Shown here one piece after another: positions 12,305-23,317 of a stretch of DNA of 64,000 bases. The translations under genes were made by a program, and so were the position numbers. Positions within the stretch are counted from its first letter, which is position 1. Each line of letters starts with the position of its first letter. A model generated the notes under the pieces. That model worked only from the letters and a program-made list of their open reading frames with translations, had not been told where the DNA came from and made no database searches. The DNA is taken from contig JBMNIH010000003.1 of NCBI GenBank assembly GCA_050950825.1, forward strand, positions 352,001-416,000, in the 5' to 3' direction. This stretch comes from Clostridia bacterium. Lineage in GTDB: Bacteria; Bacillota; Clostridia; JAAYHZ01.

Positions 12305-12458
12305 CCCCCTTGTATATAATTGTTGTCCATATTATAGCACAATAGGATAACCTGCGAAAGTTTCTAGGGGGGTGAAAAATTTTCCATGCAGATTCTTAAT
12401 CGTTTTGAAATATGTCTGTAATATTTCACCCGAATTTTTCCGGATCCGAAAAATATGT

Positions 12459-12487
12459 AAGGCAAAAGCGCTAAATGCTTTTGCCTT
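12459..12487. terminator. Intrinsic terminator
   Basis: AAGGCAAAAGCG / TGCTTTTGCCTT inverted repeat downstream of the CAP-domain gene. Confidence 0.6.
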
Positions 12488-12530
12488 GCTGTTTTTGAAG
12501 GGTTTTAAATCTCCTGAAAACCGGTTTACG

Positions 12531-13337
12531 TTAATTGCCGATAAATTGCTGAACAAACACTTTTCCGTACCGGTCGCTCTTGCATATGCCGATGCCGATA
12601 TACTTGTAATCCGGATTCAATATATTGCTTTTGTTACCTTCCTTCTTCATCCATGCCTTGAATGCGCCTTCCACCGTTTTGTTTCCGGCAATGTTTTCAC
12701 CGGCGGAACGAAACTCCAGTTTATGTTCCTTCATCATATCAAAAGGTGAACCGTATTTCGGAGACTGATGAGAAAAGTAGTTGTTTTCCACCATGTCATT
12801 GGCTTTCAATCTTGCCGTTTCCATCAACGTTTCATGAACTTCCAAAGGAGGCAGCTTCGCTTTTGCTCTTTCGGCGTTGACCAAATCGAGCATGGCCTGT
12901 TCGTCCTTGCTCAGCTTGAGTTTCTTTAACACCGGCTCGTCGTCTTCCGTGTTACCGTCATCGCCCCCGGATTTTTCGGAATCGTTCTTGCTTGCCGGAA
13001 CTTCCGCACTTACTTCCTCTTCCAGCATGACGTAGTTGCTGTTTACCGTTCCTAAGCAACCGGTATTTTCGTCATAAACCGCATACCATTCGCCTATTTG
13101 TGCCAAAACCCACACCCTGTCTCCGGCTTTCAATACCTGCAGCACTTCGTAATCGGTAGAGGGTCCTTGGCGTACATTTAAATAATCGGCAACTACGACT
13201 CCTACGGATGAAGTCATTCCCCTGAACACGGGTAAATCAACTTCTTGATCCGCATTTTGTGCCATTGCCGGTAAACCCGTTAAGGTCACTGCAATGCTTA
13301 GAAGCAGCAGTAATAAGAAAAGAACTTTTTTGTTCAT
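12531..13337 (-). CDS. Secreted SH3b plus CAP (SCP/YkwD-like) domain protein
   Basis: LNVRQGPST SH3b motif; LVNAERAK, YFSHQSPKYGSPFDMM and AGENIA CAP motifs. Confidence 0.9.
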   Translation of the reverse strand: MNKKVLFLLLLLLSIAVTLTGLPAMAQNADQEVDLPVFRGMTSSVGVVVADYLNVRQGPSTDYEVLQVLKAGDRVWVLAQIGEWYAVYDENTGCLGTVNSNYVMLEEEVSAEVPASKNDSEKSGGDDGNTEDDEPVLKKLKLSKDEQAMLDLVNAERAKAKLPPLEVHETLMETARLKANDMVENNYFSHQSPKYGSPFDMMKEHKLEFRSAGENIAGNKTVEGAFKAWMKKEGNKSNILNPDYKYIGIGICKSDRYGKVFVQQFIGN

Positions 13338-13459
13338 ACCATCCCTCCGTTATACAAATTTGGTACAAATTGTTCGTCCAAATATAGTATTGACAATATA
13401 TAGAATATTATTAGCCAAAATTTGAAATTTTTTCACACGGAGGGATTTTTCAAATATTT

Positions 13460-15160
13460 TTATTCTCCCTTAACGAAGGCGATCGCGGATTCGATGGCTT
13501 CTTCCGTCGTAAGCTCGGTAAATCCGTCTTCCTTCCTCAGCTTATACTCCACTCGACCTTCCTTCGCTTTTTTACCTACGGTTATTCGAACGGGGAATCC
13601 GATCAGGTCCGCATCCTTGAACTTGACTCCCGGTCTTTCGCTGCGGTCGTCCCAAAGAACCTCCACGCCTTTTTCCGTAAGCTCGTTATAAATTTTTTCC
13701 GACAGAGCTTTTTGTTCTTCGTCCTCCATGCTTACCGTCACAATCACGACATGGTAGGGAGCTATGGATACCGGCCAAATAATGCCGTATTCGTCGTGGT
13801 TTTGCTCGATAACGGAAGCCATGGTACGGCCTACGCCGATTCCGTAGCAGCCCATGATCATCGGCTTTTCTTTTCCGTTTTCATCTAAAAAGGTGCAATG
13901 CAAGGCTTCGGAGTATTTGGTTCCTAACTTGAAGATATGTCCTACTTCAATGCCTCGCGCCACACTGATTTTGGCTCCGCAGACGGGGCAAGGATCTCCT
14001 TCCGTAATCGTTCGCAAATCGACAATTTCCTTCGTCTCGAAATCGCGGCCGAAATTCACGTTTTTGTAATGGTACCCGGTATCGTTCGCCCCGGTAATAA
14101 AGTTTTTCATGTAGGGGATTTCCAAATCCACGATCAATCTTGTTTTTAATCCTACGGGACCTGCAAAACCCACTTGGGCTTTGGTTTCTTTTTGTACCGT
14201 CTCTTCGTCGGCCAATGCCAGCTCGTTGCATTTCAGATAATTCTTAAGCTTCGTTTCATTTACGTCCCGATCTCCTCGAACCATAACGGCTACCGTTTGG
14301 TCGTCGGCTTTATACAAAAGAGTTTTTCCGAATCGAGAGGGCGTACAGCCGAAAAAGCCTACCAAATCCTCAATGGTTTTTACGTCGGGCGTAGCCACCT
14401 TTTCCATGGGGGCAAAAGGCGAATTGTCTTCTTCGGGAACCGGCTTGCATTCGGCCTTTTCATCGTTGGCCGCATAACCGCAGGCCTCGCAAAAAGCCAA
14501 TACCGATTCGCCGATTTCGGATTTCACCGTAAATTCTTCGGAGCCGGAGCCTCCCATGGCGCCACTGTCGGCTTGCACCACGGTGTAATCCAGGTTTAAC
14601 CGGTCAAATATTCTGCAATATGCGTCCCGCATAGCCTGATAGGATTGATCCAACCCTTTTTCGTCACGGTCGAAGCTGTAAGCGTCTTTCATAACGAATT
14701 CTCGGCAGCGCATAACGCCAAAGCGAGGACGGATTTCATCTCGGAACTTCGTTTGGATCTGGTAAAGAGTGATGGGAAGAGATTTGTAGGATTTAATTTC
14801 GTTACGTACGGTCGTGGTAAACACTTCTTCGTGGGTCGGCCCTAAGCAAAAGTCGCGGCCGCCGCGATCCTTCAATCGGAACATTTCGGGACCGAACACT
14901 TCCCATCTGCCGGATTCCATATATGCTTCGGCAGGCAACAGAGCGGACATGATCAATTCCTGCGCTCCGCTTCGGTCCATTTCTTCACGAATAATATTTT
15001 CAACTTTTTTTAAAGCCCTTAAGCCCAAAGGCAAATACGAATAAATGCCGGATGCCAATTTCCTCATCAGCCCTGCTCTTAACATCAGCCGGTGGCTGGC
15101 GATTTCCGCTTCGGCAGGCACTTGCCGTAATGTGGGCATGAACAGCCTTGATGCTTTCAT
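13460..15160 (-). CDS. proS: Proline--tRNA ligase
   Basis: [40 protein letters not shown]; editing insertion present. Confidence 0.98.
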   Translation of the reverse strand: MKASRLFMPTLRQVPAEAEIASHRLMLRAGLMRKLASGIYSYLPLGLRALKKVENIIREEMDRSGAQELIMSALLPAEAYMESGRWEVFGPEMFRLKDRGGRDFCLGPTHEEVFTTTVRNEIKSYKSLPITLYQIQTKFRDEIRPRFGVMRCREFVMKDAYSFDRDEKGLDQSYQAMRDAYCRIFDRLNLDYTVVQADSGAMGGSGSEEFTVKSEIGESVLAFCEACGYAANDEKAECKPVPEEDNSPFAPMEKVATPDVKTIEDLVGFFGCTPSRFGKTLLYKADDQTVAVMVRGDRDVNETKLKNYLKCNELALADEETVQKETKAQVGFAGPVGLKTRLIVDLEIPYMKNFITGANDTGYHYKNVNFGRDFETKEIVDLRTITEGDPCPVCGAKISVARGIEVGHIFKLGTKYSEALHCTFLDENGKEKPMIMGCYGIGVGRTMASVIEQNHDEYGIIWPVSIAPYHVVIVTVSMEDEEQKALSEKIYNELTEKGVEVLWDDRSERPGVKFKDADLIGFPVRITVGKKAKEGRVEYKLRKEDGFTELTTEEAIESAIAFVKGE

Positions 15161-15184
15161 GATTACCTCCTGGTTTTTCATATA

Positions 15185-15420
15185 TAAATAAAGCCCCTTG
15201 TATTAAAATTTATACAAGGGGCGAATTAGCCGCGGTACCACCCTTCTTGAAACACGTAAAAATACGTGTTTCCACTCCTTCGCATTATCGCTGCGTAAAC
15301 GTCGGTTATTTCATAAACCGCTTCTCAGGGGTGGGAAGACGTATAACTCGTAAGAAAAACTCTCACCTTGCTTTTTCTCGCTGTATTACGGTACTTATAC
15401 TCTATTCCCCGTCATCGAAT
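15185..15420 (-). promoter_or_regulatory. T-box riboswitch leader (Pro) with terminator
   Basis: Minus strand has T-box AAGGGTGGTACCGCG, terminator GCCCCTTGTAT/ATACAAGGGGC-TTT, and a stem I with candidate CCC (Pro) specifier in GTCTT-CCC-A. Confidence 0.92.
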
Positions 15421-15539
15421 GAACAATATCAATTTTTATCAATATATACGAATCATAAAATATTGTCAAATATATTCCCGCTTATTCCTCAAAAAATCGG
15501 AGTTTATGCTATAATGGCGAAAAAGGAGATGAAAAAAAC

Positions 15540-16028
15540 ATGATCAAAGTGGGAATCGGTCAAGACAGCCACCGTTTCGAAGAAAAGCCGTCGGGAAAAC
15601 CCTTGGTGTTAGGAGGCCTTATCATACCCCGGCATAAGGCTTTAGACGGAAACAGCGACGCCGACGTGGTTTTGCATGCCTTAACCAATGCCATTTCTTC
15701 GGTGACCGGCGTAAATATACTAGGGAAAATCGCAGACGATATGTGCAAATCCGGTATTACGGACAGCAAGGCTTACGTTAAGGAAGCTTTAAAATACATG
15801 AACCGTATGACCGTCTCCCATGTGGCCATCTCCATTGAATGCAAAACTCCGAAGCTTTTCGACCATATTCCTTTGATGAAAAAATCCGTAGCGGACCTTT
15901 TGTCCATATCTCCCGATTCCGTAGGAATTACCGCAACATCGGGAGAAGGCCTTACGGCATTCGGGCAGGGCTTGGGGATTCAAGCCTTTTGCATCCTGAC
16001 CGTATTGTGTACTCCCGAATCCGTATAA
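15540..16028 (+). CDS. ispF: 2-C-methyl-D-erythritol 2,4-cyclodiphosphate synthase (divergent type)
   Basis: GIGQDSHRF, LVLGG, SDADVVLHA, GITATSGEGL..FG. Confidence 0.92.
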   Translation: MIKVGIGQDSHRFEEKPSGKPLVLGGLIIPRHKALDGNSDADVVLHALTNAISSVTGVNILGKIADDMCKSGITDSKAYVKEALKYMNRMTVSHVAISIECKTPKLFDHIPLMKKSVADLLSISPDSVGITATSGEGLTAFGQGLGIQAFCILTVLCTPESV

Positions 16029-16032
16029 AAAA

Positions 16033-16758
16033 TCATAAATCTTCGGATAAGATGACTTCCAATAATCTTTCGGCAATCGTAAAATCCTCCGGGGTGGTGA
16101 TTTTAATATTGTCGTGGGATCCTAAAACAACGGCTACCTTGTATCCCGCCATTTCGGCAAGGGTAGCGTCATCGCTTCCCTGAAGGTTTTTAGCAAAGGC
16201 TTGCTCGTATGAATCCAAAATGATTTCTCTTCGAAACACTTGGGGCGTTTGCATCGCAATCAATTCTTCCCGGTTCAAGGTTTCCGTAATGAATCCGTTT
16301 TGATCCGTTCTTTTTACGGTATCCTTCACCTTGACGCCCAAGCAAGCGCTTCCTACGGACAAGGCTTTATCGAATACTTTGTAGATGTCGGCGATGCGGA
16401 CCAAGGGGCGTGCACCGTCATGGACCGCAACAAGGGTGGTTTCGGGATCCGTTTTTAAAAGTCCGTTATACACCGATTCCTGCCTTGTGGCACCGCCGTA
16501 AGCAAAAGTAATTTTATCATTGTATTTTTTAATTTTTTCGTTTTCCAAAACCAAGCGGTTGAAATAAAAAAGGTCGTCTTGGGAAATGGAAACGATGACT
16601 TGCTTGGTTTGCGGCAATTGCAAAAAGGGAAGTATGGAATGAACAAGAACAGGCTGTCCCTTCAAGCCGGCATACACTTTATTCATCTTCAAGCCGGCTC
16701 GCGTTCCTCTGCCCGCAGCCACAATAACCGCACTGACGGAAAAATCCCTATTCATCAT
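16033..16758 (-). CDS. ispD: 2-C-methyl-D-erythritol 4-phosphate cytidylyltransferase
   Basis: AAGRGTR, GGATRQESV, VHDGARP, QTPQVF, NIKITTPED. Confidence 0.96.
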   Translation of the reverse strand: MMNRDFSVSAVIVAAGRGTRAGLKMNKVYAGLKGQPVLVHSILPFLQLPQTKQVIVSISQDDLFYFNRLVLENEKIKKYNDKITFAYGGATRQESVYNGLLKTDPETTLVAVHDGARPLVRIADIYKVFDKALSVGSACLGVKVKDTVKRTDQNGFITETLNREELIAMQTPQVFRREIILDSYEQAFAKNLQGSDDATLAEMAGYKVAVVLGSHDNIKITTPEDFTIAERLLEVILSEDL

Positions 16759-16759
16759 T

Positions 16760-17803
16760 CTAACTGCCTTTAACTCTCGAGAATATCATTCGACCGGCGT
16801 TGGTTTGAAGCACTTTGGTAACCACCACGTCTACGCTGCTGCCGATAAACTTAATACCGTTTTCAACAACCACCATGGTTCCGTCTTCCAAAAAGCCGAC
16901 GCCTTGTTTTTCTTCCTTGCCGGACTTGATGACCTGGATGCTCATTTCGTCTCCCGGCAAAGCGATGGGTTTTAGAGCGTTGCACAATTCGTTTATGTTC
17001 AAAACCTGAACACCTTTAAACGATGCGATTTTATTCAAGTTGTAATCAAGGGTCAAAACTTGGGCATTGATCTCGGAAGCGTACCTTAAAAGGGCGCTGT
17101 CCACTTCCTCGTCCTTGTCCATATAGACCGTAGGTGTGTCCAGATAAATATTGCTGTCTTCCTGCATCGAGTTTAAAATATCCAATCCTCTTCTTCCTTT
17201 GCTTCGCGTCAAATCGTCTTTCGAATCCGCTATATGCCTTAACTCGTTCAATACAAAGGAGGGAACCACCAGTCTTCCTTCGATAAAGCCGCATTTGACC
17301 AAATCGCCGATGCGGCCGTCGATAATGACGCTGGTATCGATGACCTTGGGTCTGATTTCCGACTGGTTTCTTTTTTTGAAGGATTCAATAAAGTTTTCGC
17401 TCTTTTTGGTAATGGAAACCGCCATTCCCAGAACACCGAAAAAGATATTGAGCAATACGGCAATCGGCATGCCGACCACCGGGATTCTGTAAATGGGTAT
17501 GGATATTAAATTGGCAATGATTAATCCGGCTATTAATCCGAGTGCCGTAATAGACACTTCGTAAATGGTCATTTTATGCAGAATTTTTTCTGCTTGCGAA
17601 TACAGATTGTCGATTAATTGAACCAGATTGGATCCGAATATGAAAAAAACCATTGCGGTTATGATGCCGGCCAATACATACAGTGCGATTTGAACGGTGC
17701 CTAACGCTTCAAAGTCCACGGATTTGACAAAGAACCTAACTAACGAAACGCCGGTAAAAGCACCGATCAGTGCAAATAAATATTTAATGATTCGGTCGAG
17801 CAT
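16760..17803 (-). CDS. PIN/TRAM domain membrane protein (YacL-like)
   Basis: Four TM helices; DTSVIIDGRI, RGLDIL, GVGFLEDGTMVVVE and LQTNAGRMIF motifs. Confidence 0.93.
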   Translation of the reverse strand: MLDRIIKYLFALIGAFTGVSLVRFFVKSVDFEALGTVQIALYVLAGIITAMVFFIFGSNLVQLIDNLYSQAEKILHKMTIYEVSITALGLIAGLIIANLISIPIYRIPVVGMPIAVLLNIFFGVLGMAVSITKKSENFIESFKKRNQSEIRPKVIDTSVIIDGRIGDLVKCGFIEGRLVVPSFVLNELRHIADSKDDLTRSKGRRGLDILNSMQEDSNIYLDTPTVYMDKDEEVDSALLRYASEINAQVLTLDYNLNKIASFKGVQVLNINELCNALKPIALPGDEMSIQVIKSGKEEKQGVGFLEDGTMVVVENGIKFIGSSVDVVVTKVLQTNAGRMIFSRVKGS

Positions 17804-17838
17804 GATGTATCTCCCTGTATCTTTTTTCTTTTCATACA

Positions 17839-18330
17839 TTAGCCTTTTGCTTCGTCGCACAGCTTATGCTGAATCCTGTTTTCCAGCTCTTCCATGTTAA
17901 AGCCTGCGGCTAACATCAATTCGCTGTACAATATCTTTTTTGCACTGTTTAACATCTTCCGTTCCCCGGTAGACAATCCTTTTTCCTTTTCACGCACCAT
18001 TAATGTGTTTACCACATCCGCCACTTCTTCGATGTCTCCGGTCTTCAACCGGTCCATGTTTTCACGGTACCTTTTGTTCCAGTTGGTATTGTCGTCAACC
18101 TTTTTAGGCGAGAAGAAATCAATCACTTGATATGCGCGATTTTTAGAAATAATACTCCGAATACCGATTTCATCCGAATTGGAAATAGGAATCATGACCT
18201 TCATGTCTCCGAAGGGCATCTTTAAAACATAGTATTCCTTTACTTCCCCTAATATCTCTTTCTTTTCGATTTTCTCAATTTCACCCGCTCCGTGGAGAGG
18301 GTATACGATCTTGTCTCCAATTTCAAACAT
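17839..18330 (-). CDS. carD: CarD family transcriptional regulator
   Basis: MFEIGDKIVYPLHGAG, NWNKRYR, LSTGERKML. Confidence 0.93.
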   Translation of the reverse strand: MFEIGDKIVYPLHGAGEIEKIEKKEILGEVKEYYVLKMPFGDMKVMIPISNSDEIGIRSIISKNRAYQVIDFFSPKKVDDNTNWNKRYRENMDRLKTGDIEEVADVVNTLMVREKEKGLSTGERKMLNSAKKILYSELMLAAGFNMEELENRIQHKLCDEAKG

Positions 18331-18463
18331 ATTATCCTCCCGCAGTAATATATTTAATCCTATCCATACATCATTTACTGCCGGATTACCATTAAACATT
18401 CTTATTATACCTTAATCATGGCAAAATGTCAAAATGCCACAAAATCGTACACCCGAAGCTCTA

Positions 18464-21247
18464 TTATTCTTCCGCCTTTTCCAAAGTTACCGTCTCGCTC
18501 TTTGCTTTGGAAGGGAACGTAAAGGTATACCACTTGACAACGTATTGTTTATCACCGATCAAGCCGATCAGCGCTTGGTCCTTCCAATTGTTGAAGACGT
18601 GGATACCGTCACAGCCTGCCTTGTACAGCTCATAGGCTCGTTCCAAGTATTGATCCAAGGTTACATAGCTGTGTCCCAAGTCCACTTGAACGCCTTTTTT
18701 GATTAAATCTTCCTCCTGCTTGGTCATATCGTGACCGCCCAAATAGTGGTTAATTCCCCCGTACAACAAAACGTCGCTGCCTTTTACCAGCTCTACGAAG
18801 GGCGTAATGTCGTAAAAGTTCTCATACCCGACGGTAGAAGGAATCAAAATATCGATGTATCCTTCTTGGATCCAGGTTTTTAAATCGAATCCGTATTCTT
18901 TCCAGCCGGTTTCGGGAATACGAACGGATATTTCTTTGTCCGGCAGCTTCTCTCTTAAAGTCCTCAGAAATACATTGTAAACGGAAGCTTTCCAAGCAAT
19001 CCATTCTTCTTTTTGGGCCTCGTTCATTTCTTTTCTCGGGTCAAATCCGTATTCTTCGATGAAGGGGTCTACCAATTCGTCTTCGTAGCCTAAGCAGTCC
19101 GGATAACGGTTAAAGTCCAAATTCACACCGTCCACCCCTTCGAAGGATGCCGCTTCGACTAAAATATCGATTATGAGATTGCGGATCGTTTCCGAAGCGT
19201 AGCTGATGTTTTTCGTATACTCTCCGTATGCATTCTTGATCCGATAATCGGCGTATTGATCGTAAACATTGCCGTTCAGCCAAGGATAAGCATTCGGATC
19301 GTAAAAGGCGTTCATACGTAAGGAAGCGAAGGTTTTAATGCCGTATTCGTCGGCTCTTTTCGCAACCTCTTGGACGGGAATGATGTCTCTATTTGAAAAA
19401 TACGTAATTTGATTTACTCCCGTTTTGTCTATATCCCGCATCAGATGGTCTTTTGCATATTCGCTGATGCTTTCGAAGGGTTTTCCCACAATACTGCTGT
19501 TGTGATTCAATGCGAAGGTGGTGCCCAAGCAAAATTCAAATATCCCCACATCCTTGTCTTTATAAATATCCACGGCTCTTTGAAGAAGAGACGATAAATC
19601 CGGATAATAGCCGGAGCAAAAATCCGAATACCCGTCGTTGTTGAAGATCGCCCGCTTTACCCCGTCGGAGGAGGAGTTATAGACCGAAACTTCTTCGTCG
19701 CTTAAGCCTACGAATTTAATATAGGCAATACGAGCTTTTTTCGGACTTGCCGCCTTCAGCTTTAATTTTTGTCCCGTAAAATTCGCCGCTCCTAAGAAGA
19801 CTTCCTTTAAGATGCCGTCTCCCGTTTCGTATTTGGGCAAGAAGATGGTTTTTTCCACTTCGATTTCCCGATAGCCTTCTCCAAGATCCGCCGCAACGGC
19901 TTGGGTTCCGTTAAAATATCCCATCACAATGCCGAACCAGCCTACCGCATCTACCGGGATTTCAATCTCTTCGGAGGAGGCCACGCTGTCAAGGAAGTAA
20001 TACTCCTCTTCATTGCCGTTGTATTTGTATTTATATAGCTTCCAATTCTTTTCTTTGTAACCTTCGATAAACTCCATTTGGTCAAACAAATAGGTTTTTC
20101 CGGGAACCGACGCGATTTTTCCGCCCTTCGGTACCGATTCCGTGCTTGCGGGAATATAGATTTTTCTGTTGAATTCGTGAATAATGGTATTGTCACGTAT
20201 TAAGAAAGCCTTTAAATCATAGATCCCGGTTTGGTTGTTGGAATTCATATGTACATAAGCGTAACCGGCGGACAGTACGGATCCGGTTTGAGATACCACG
20301 TCTTTTCCCGACATTAAGTAAAGGTCCACACGGGTTTTTCCGTCCGAAATCCATTCTTTTTGAATGTTGGTTACCCTTGCGGTTATCAAAATATCCTTGC
20401 TGTCGGATTTCGGCATGACGTTGACAAAGGCAATCTTCGGATCGCTTTCGATCCAATCCGGTATTCCTTCCTTGCTGAATCCGATGTGGTCGATAATTAC
20501 ATGGTTCTTCCCTTTTTCAATGTTTAAAGGTACGTTCCTTATATTAATGCCGTCCGGTGCGTCGGCGACAGTCCAAGGTCCGTCAAAGCTTCCTACGGGT
20601 TGATCGTCTACCAAAACGAACATCTTCGACACCCCGTTATAGATAAAGCGCCAGGTGTGAAATCCTTTGTAGTTTTCTACGCGGATGGGAGTTTGGGTAT
20701 TGTTATTTCCCTGCTGCCCGTACACGTTGCCGTTTCCGTTTATCGCGATATAGAATCTTTTGTTGGCGGCAAAAATGTCAAACACAAGACCCCTCCATTC
20801 TTTGTTGGCGGAGGGAACGATCAAATCCTTAATATCCATTCGAATTTCGAAAATCCACGGTCCGCTTCCGATATCCACGCTCTTGCCGACGGATGCATAG
20901 GTTCCGGTTTCCTTGTCCGCGTAAATACCGAAATAGCCTTCTTCCACCTGCAAGCTTTTGTTGTCCAAGGTAGAATCGCCGATAATCACTTGATCGGACA
21001 CGCCGGAGGTTCTCCATTCGAATTCGGCAAGAGAATCGCAAGGATCAAAAAACAGATAGGGCATTTCCGGGTCCTTGTAGCTTATGACTTCCATATTCTC
21101 CGTCTCCTTTTCGGTTGTTGTTTCAACGGACGTTGTTACGGTTGTTTCGGTTTCCTGATAGGTATCCTGCTTTGGACTGCAGGAGGACAATAGAAACAGT
21201 ATATATGTAAATAACAATATCAGCGGAATTATTGATGATTTTCTCAC
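18464..21247 (-). CDS. Large lipoprotein with C-terminal glycoside hydrolase-like (GHL10-type) TIM barrel
   Basis: Lipobox LSSC and T/E-rich linker; IFNNDG, ASLRMN, DGVNLDFNRYP and GCDGIHVFN patterns. Confidence 0.65.
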   Translation of the reverse strand: MRKSSIIPLILLFTYILFLLSSCSPKQDTYQETETTVTTSVETTTEKETENMEVISYKDPEMPYLFFDPCDSLAEFEWRTSGVSDQVIIGDSTLDNKSLQVEEGYFGIYADKETGTYASVGKSVDIGSGPWIFEIRMDIKDLIVPSANKEWRGLVFDIFAANKRFYIAINGNGNVYGQQGNNNTQTPIRVENYKGFHTWRFIYNGVSKMFVLVDDQPVGSFDGPWTVADAPDGINIRNVPLNIEKGKNHVIIDHIGFSKEGIPDWIESDPKIAFVNVMPKSDSKDILITARVTNIQKEWISDGKTRVDLYLMSGKDVVSQTGSVLSAGYAYVHMNSNNQTGIYDLKAFLIRDNTIIHEFNRKIYIPASTESVPKGGKIASVPGKTYLFDQMEFIEGYKEKNWKLYKYKYNGNEEEYYFLDSVASSEEIEIPVDAVGWFGIVMGYFNGTQAVAADLGEGYREIEVEKTIFLPKYETGDGILKEVFLGAANFTGQKLKLKAASPKKARIAYIKFVGLSDEEVSVYNSSSDGVKRAIFNNDGYSDFCSGYYPDLSSLLQRAVDIYKDKDVGIFEFCLGTTFALNHNSSIVGKPFESISEYAKDHLMRDIDKTGVNQITYFSNRDIIPVQEVAKRADEYGIKTFASLRMNAFYDPNAYPWLNGNVYDQYADYRIKNAYGEYTKNISYASETIRNLIIDILVEAASFEGVDGVNLDFNRYPDCLGYEDELVDPFIEEYGFDPRKEMNEAQKEEWIAWKASVYNVFLRTLREKLPDKEISVRIPETGWKEYGFDLKTWIQEGYIDILIPSTVGYENFYDITPFVELVKGSDVLLYGGINHYLGGHDMTKQEEDLIKKGVQVDLGHSYVTLDQYLERAYELYKAGCDGIHVFNNWKDQALIGLIGDKQYVVKWYTFTFPSKAKSETVTLEKAEE

Positions 21248-21376
21248 GGTGACATTTCTCCTTATTTCTTAATGGAAGTATTATACCACTTACGCTTTGA
21301 AAAGCAAAATGAAGGCGGGTTCCGGCTTTGGATTTCCTGTGGTATAATAGACCTTCGGAAAGGCAGATATTTTTTC

Positions 21377-23317
21377 ATGAAATATATTACGATAAAGAAT
21401 TTGACATTTTCATACGGCGACAACGTCATATTCAAAGACGCTTCGGCGGACATATTCGGCGAATCGAGAATCGGGGTTGTAGGACTGAACGGTTCCGGAA
21501 AAACAACCCTGTTTCACCTTATTCAAAAAAAGCTGGAACCGGACGAAGGCTCCATTACCATTGCTCCCGGCATTACCGTCGGCACATTAGAGCAAGACCT
21601 TCAGCTCAACAAGGACTTGACCCTTTGGGAAGAAGGACTGCGGGCATTTGAGGATGTGATTCAAATAGAAAAGCAAATGGAAGAGCTGAATCAAATCCTC
21701 CACAAAACCGAAGACCCGGAGGAGCAGGTTCGGCTGATCAAGCAAATATCGCGCCTTTCGGAAGAATTCGAGAGCCTGAAAGGATACGAATACATATCGA
21801 GGACAAAAGGCGTCCTGCAAGGCTTGGGTTTTAGCCAAGAAAATTTTTCATTGAAGGTATCGGCACTAAGCGGAGGGCAAAAAACCCGCTTCGCTTTGGC
21901 CAAGCTCTTGCTGTCCAAGCCGGATCTTCTTTTGTTGGACGAGCCTACCAACCATTTGGACATCGAATCCATCGCTTGGTTAGAAGACTTCTTAAAAAGC
22001 TATACCGGCGCTTTTATGGTGATCTCCCACGACCGCTACTTTTTAGACAAGACCGTCAACGGCATTATTCATATTGATAATAAAAAGCTAAACGAATACA
22101 ACGGAAACTATACCGAATTTATTCGAAAGAAAGAAAAGCGGTACGAAATACAAGCTCGTCACTACAAAATACAGCAATCGAAAATATTGAAAATCGAAAA
22201 GTTTATCGAACAGCAGCGGCAATGGAATCGGGAAAGAAACATTATCGCCGCCGAAAGCCGAATGAAAATGCTGGAGAAGATGGAGCGAATCGATAAACCC
22301 AATTTGACGGAGCAGAAAATTTTAATCCGCTTGAAAACCGATGTGGTATCCTCCAACGATGTCCTGTGGGTGGAGGATTTGTCCAAATCCTACGGCAGCA
22401 AGCATTTGTTTTCCCATTTGACCTTCCAAATCCGAAGAGGGGAAAAAGTTTTCGTCACGGGACCCAACGGCTGCGGAAAATCCACGCTGTTAAAAATCAT
22501 ATCCGGAAAGATCGAGCCGGACGAAGGGGAATTTCATATAGCAAAAACGGTGAAAACCGCCTACTTCGACCAAGAGCTTGAAAATTTGGATCCGGACAAT
22601 ACCATTATCGACGAGGTTTGGGCGGGTAATGAAAAAGTCACCGAAACCCAAATTCGAAACCTTTTGGCGGCCTTTTTGTTCAAAGGAGACGATGTCTTTA
22701 AAATCATTAACACCCTAAGCGGCGGCGAACAGACAAGGGTCAGTATTGCAAAGCTCCTTTTATCCGATGCGGATTTTTTGATATTGGACGAGCCTACCAA
22801 CAACTTGGACATCTCTTCGAGAGAAGTATTGGAAAACGCCTTAATGGAATTCGAGGGAGCGGTTTTATGCGTATCCCACGACCGATATTTTGTGCAGAAA
22901 ATCGGGACAAGATTTTTAAATTTCACGCCCCAAGGCATCACGGATTTTACCGGCGATTATGAAGCATGGCAGGAACGATTGGCACAAGAAAAAGAGCGCA
23001 CGGAAAGCCGGAAGACGGAAAAATCCCAAAAAGCCTTGGACTATTTGCGACGAAAGGAACTTTCAAGCGAGTACCGGAAAATAAAGAATGCGATGGAGCG
23101 CTTGGAAAAAGAAATCGAAGAAATCGAGGAACAAATCCGCCTGATTGAAACGGAAATGTCCGATCCGGATTATTCGTCCGACCACGAACGCTTAACCGAG
23201 CTGCAGGAGCGGTTAGACGAACAATCCGGTATATTAGAGCAAAAGTATGAGGAGTGGGCATCCAAAGAAGATGCGTATCGTTCATTTCTTCAGGAACACG
23301 GCGATATCATTGTTTAA
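21377..23317 (+). CDS. ABC-F family ATPase
   Basis: Two ABC domains (GLNGSGKT/LSGGQ/LLDEPTNHLD; GPNGCGKS/LSGGE/LDEPTNNLD), no TM segments, coiled-coil C-terminus. Confidence 0.95.
   Translation: MKYITIKNLTFSYGDNVIFKDASADIFGESRIGVVGLNGSGKTTLFHLIQKKLEPDEGSITIAPGITVGTLEQDLQLNKDLTLWEEGLRAFEDVIQIEKQMEELNQILHKTEDPEEQVRLIKQISRLSEEFESLKGYEYISRTKGVLQGLGFSQENFSLKVSALSGGQKTRFALAKLLLSKPDLLLLDEPTNHLDIESIAWLEDFLKSYTGAFMVISHDRYFLDKTVNGIIHIDNKKLNEYNGNYTEFIRKKEKRYEIQARHYKIQQSKILKIEKFIEQQRQWNRERNIIAAESRMKMLEKMERIDKPNLTEQKILIRLKTDVVSSNDVLWVEDLSKSYGSKHLFSHLTFQIRRGEKVFVTGPNGCGKSTLLKIISGKIEPDEGEFHIAKTVKTAYFDQELENLDPDNTIIDEVWAGNEKVTETQIRNLLAAFLFKGDDVFKIINTLSGGEQTRVSIAKLLLSDADFLILDEPTNNLDISSREVLENALMEFEGAVLCVSHDRYFVQKIGTRFLNFTPQGITDFTGDYEAWQERLAQEKERTESRKTEKSQKALDYLRRKELSSEYRKIKNAMERLEKEIEEIEEQIRLIETEMSDPDYSSDHERLTELQERLDEQSGILEQKYEEWASKEDAYRSFLQEHGDIIV

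Noticed and set aside
15247-15543. 98-aa plus-strand ORF upstream of ispF
   Set aside because: Overlaps the proS T-box leader on the opposite strand; likely spurious.
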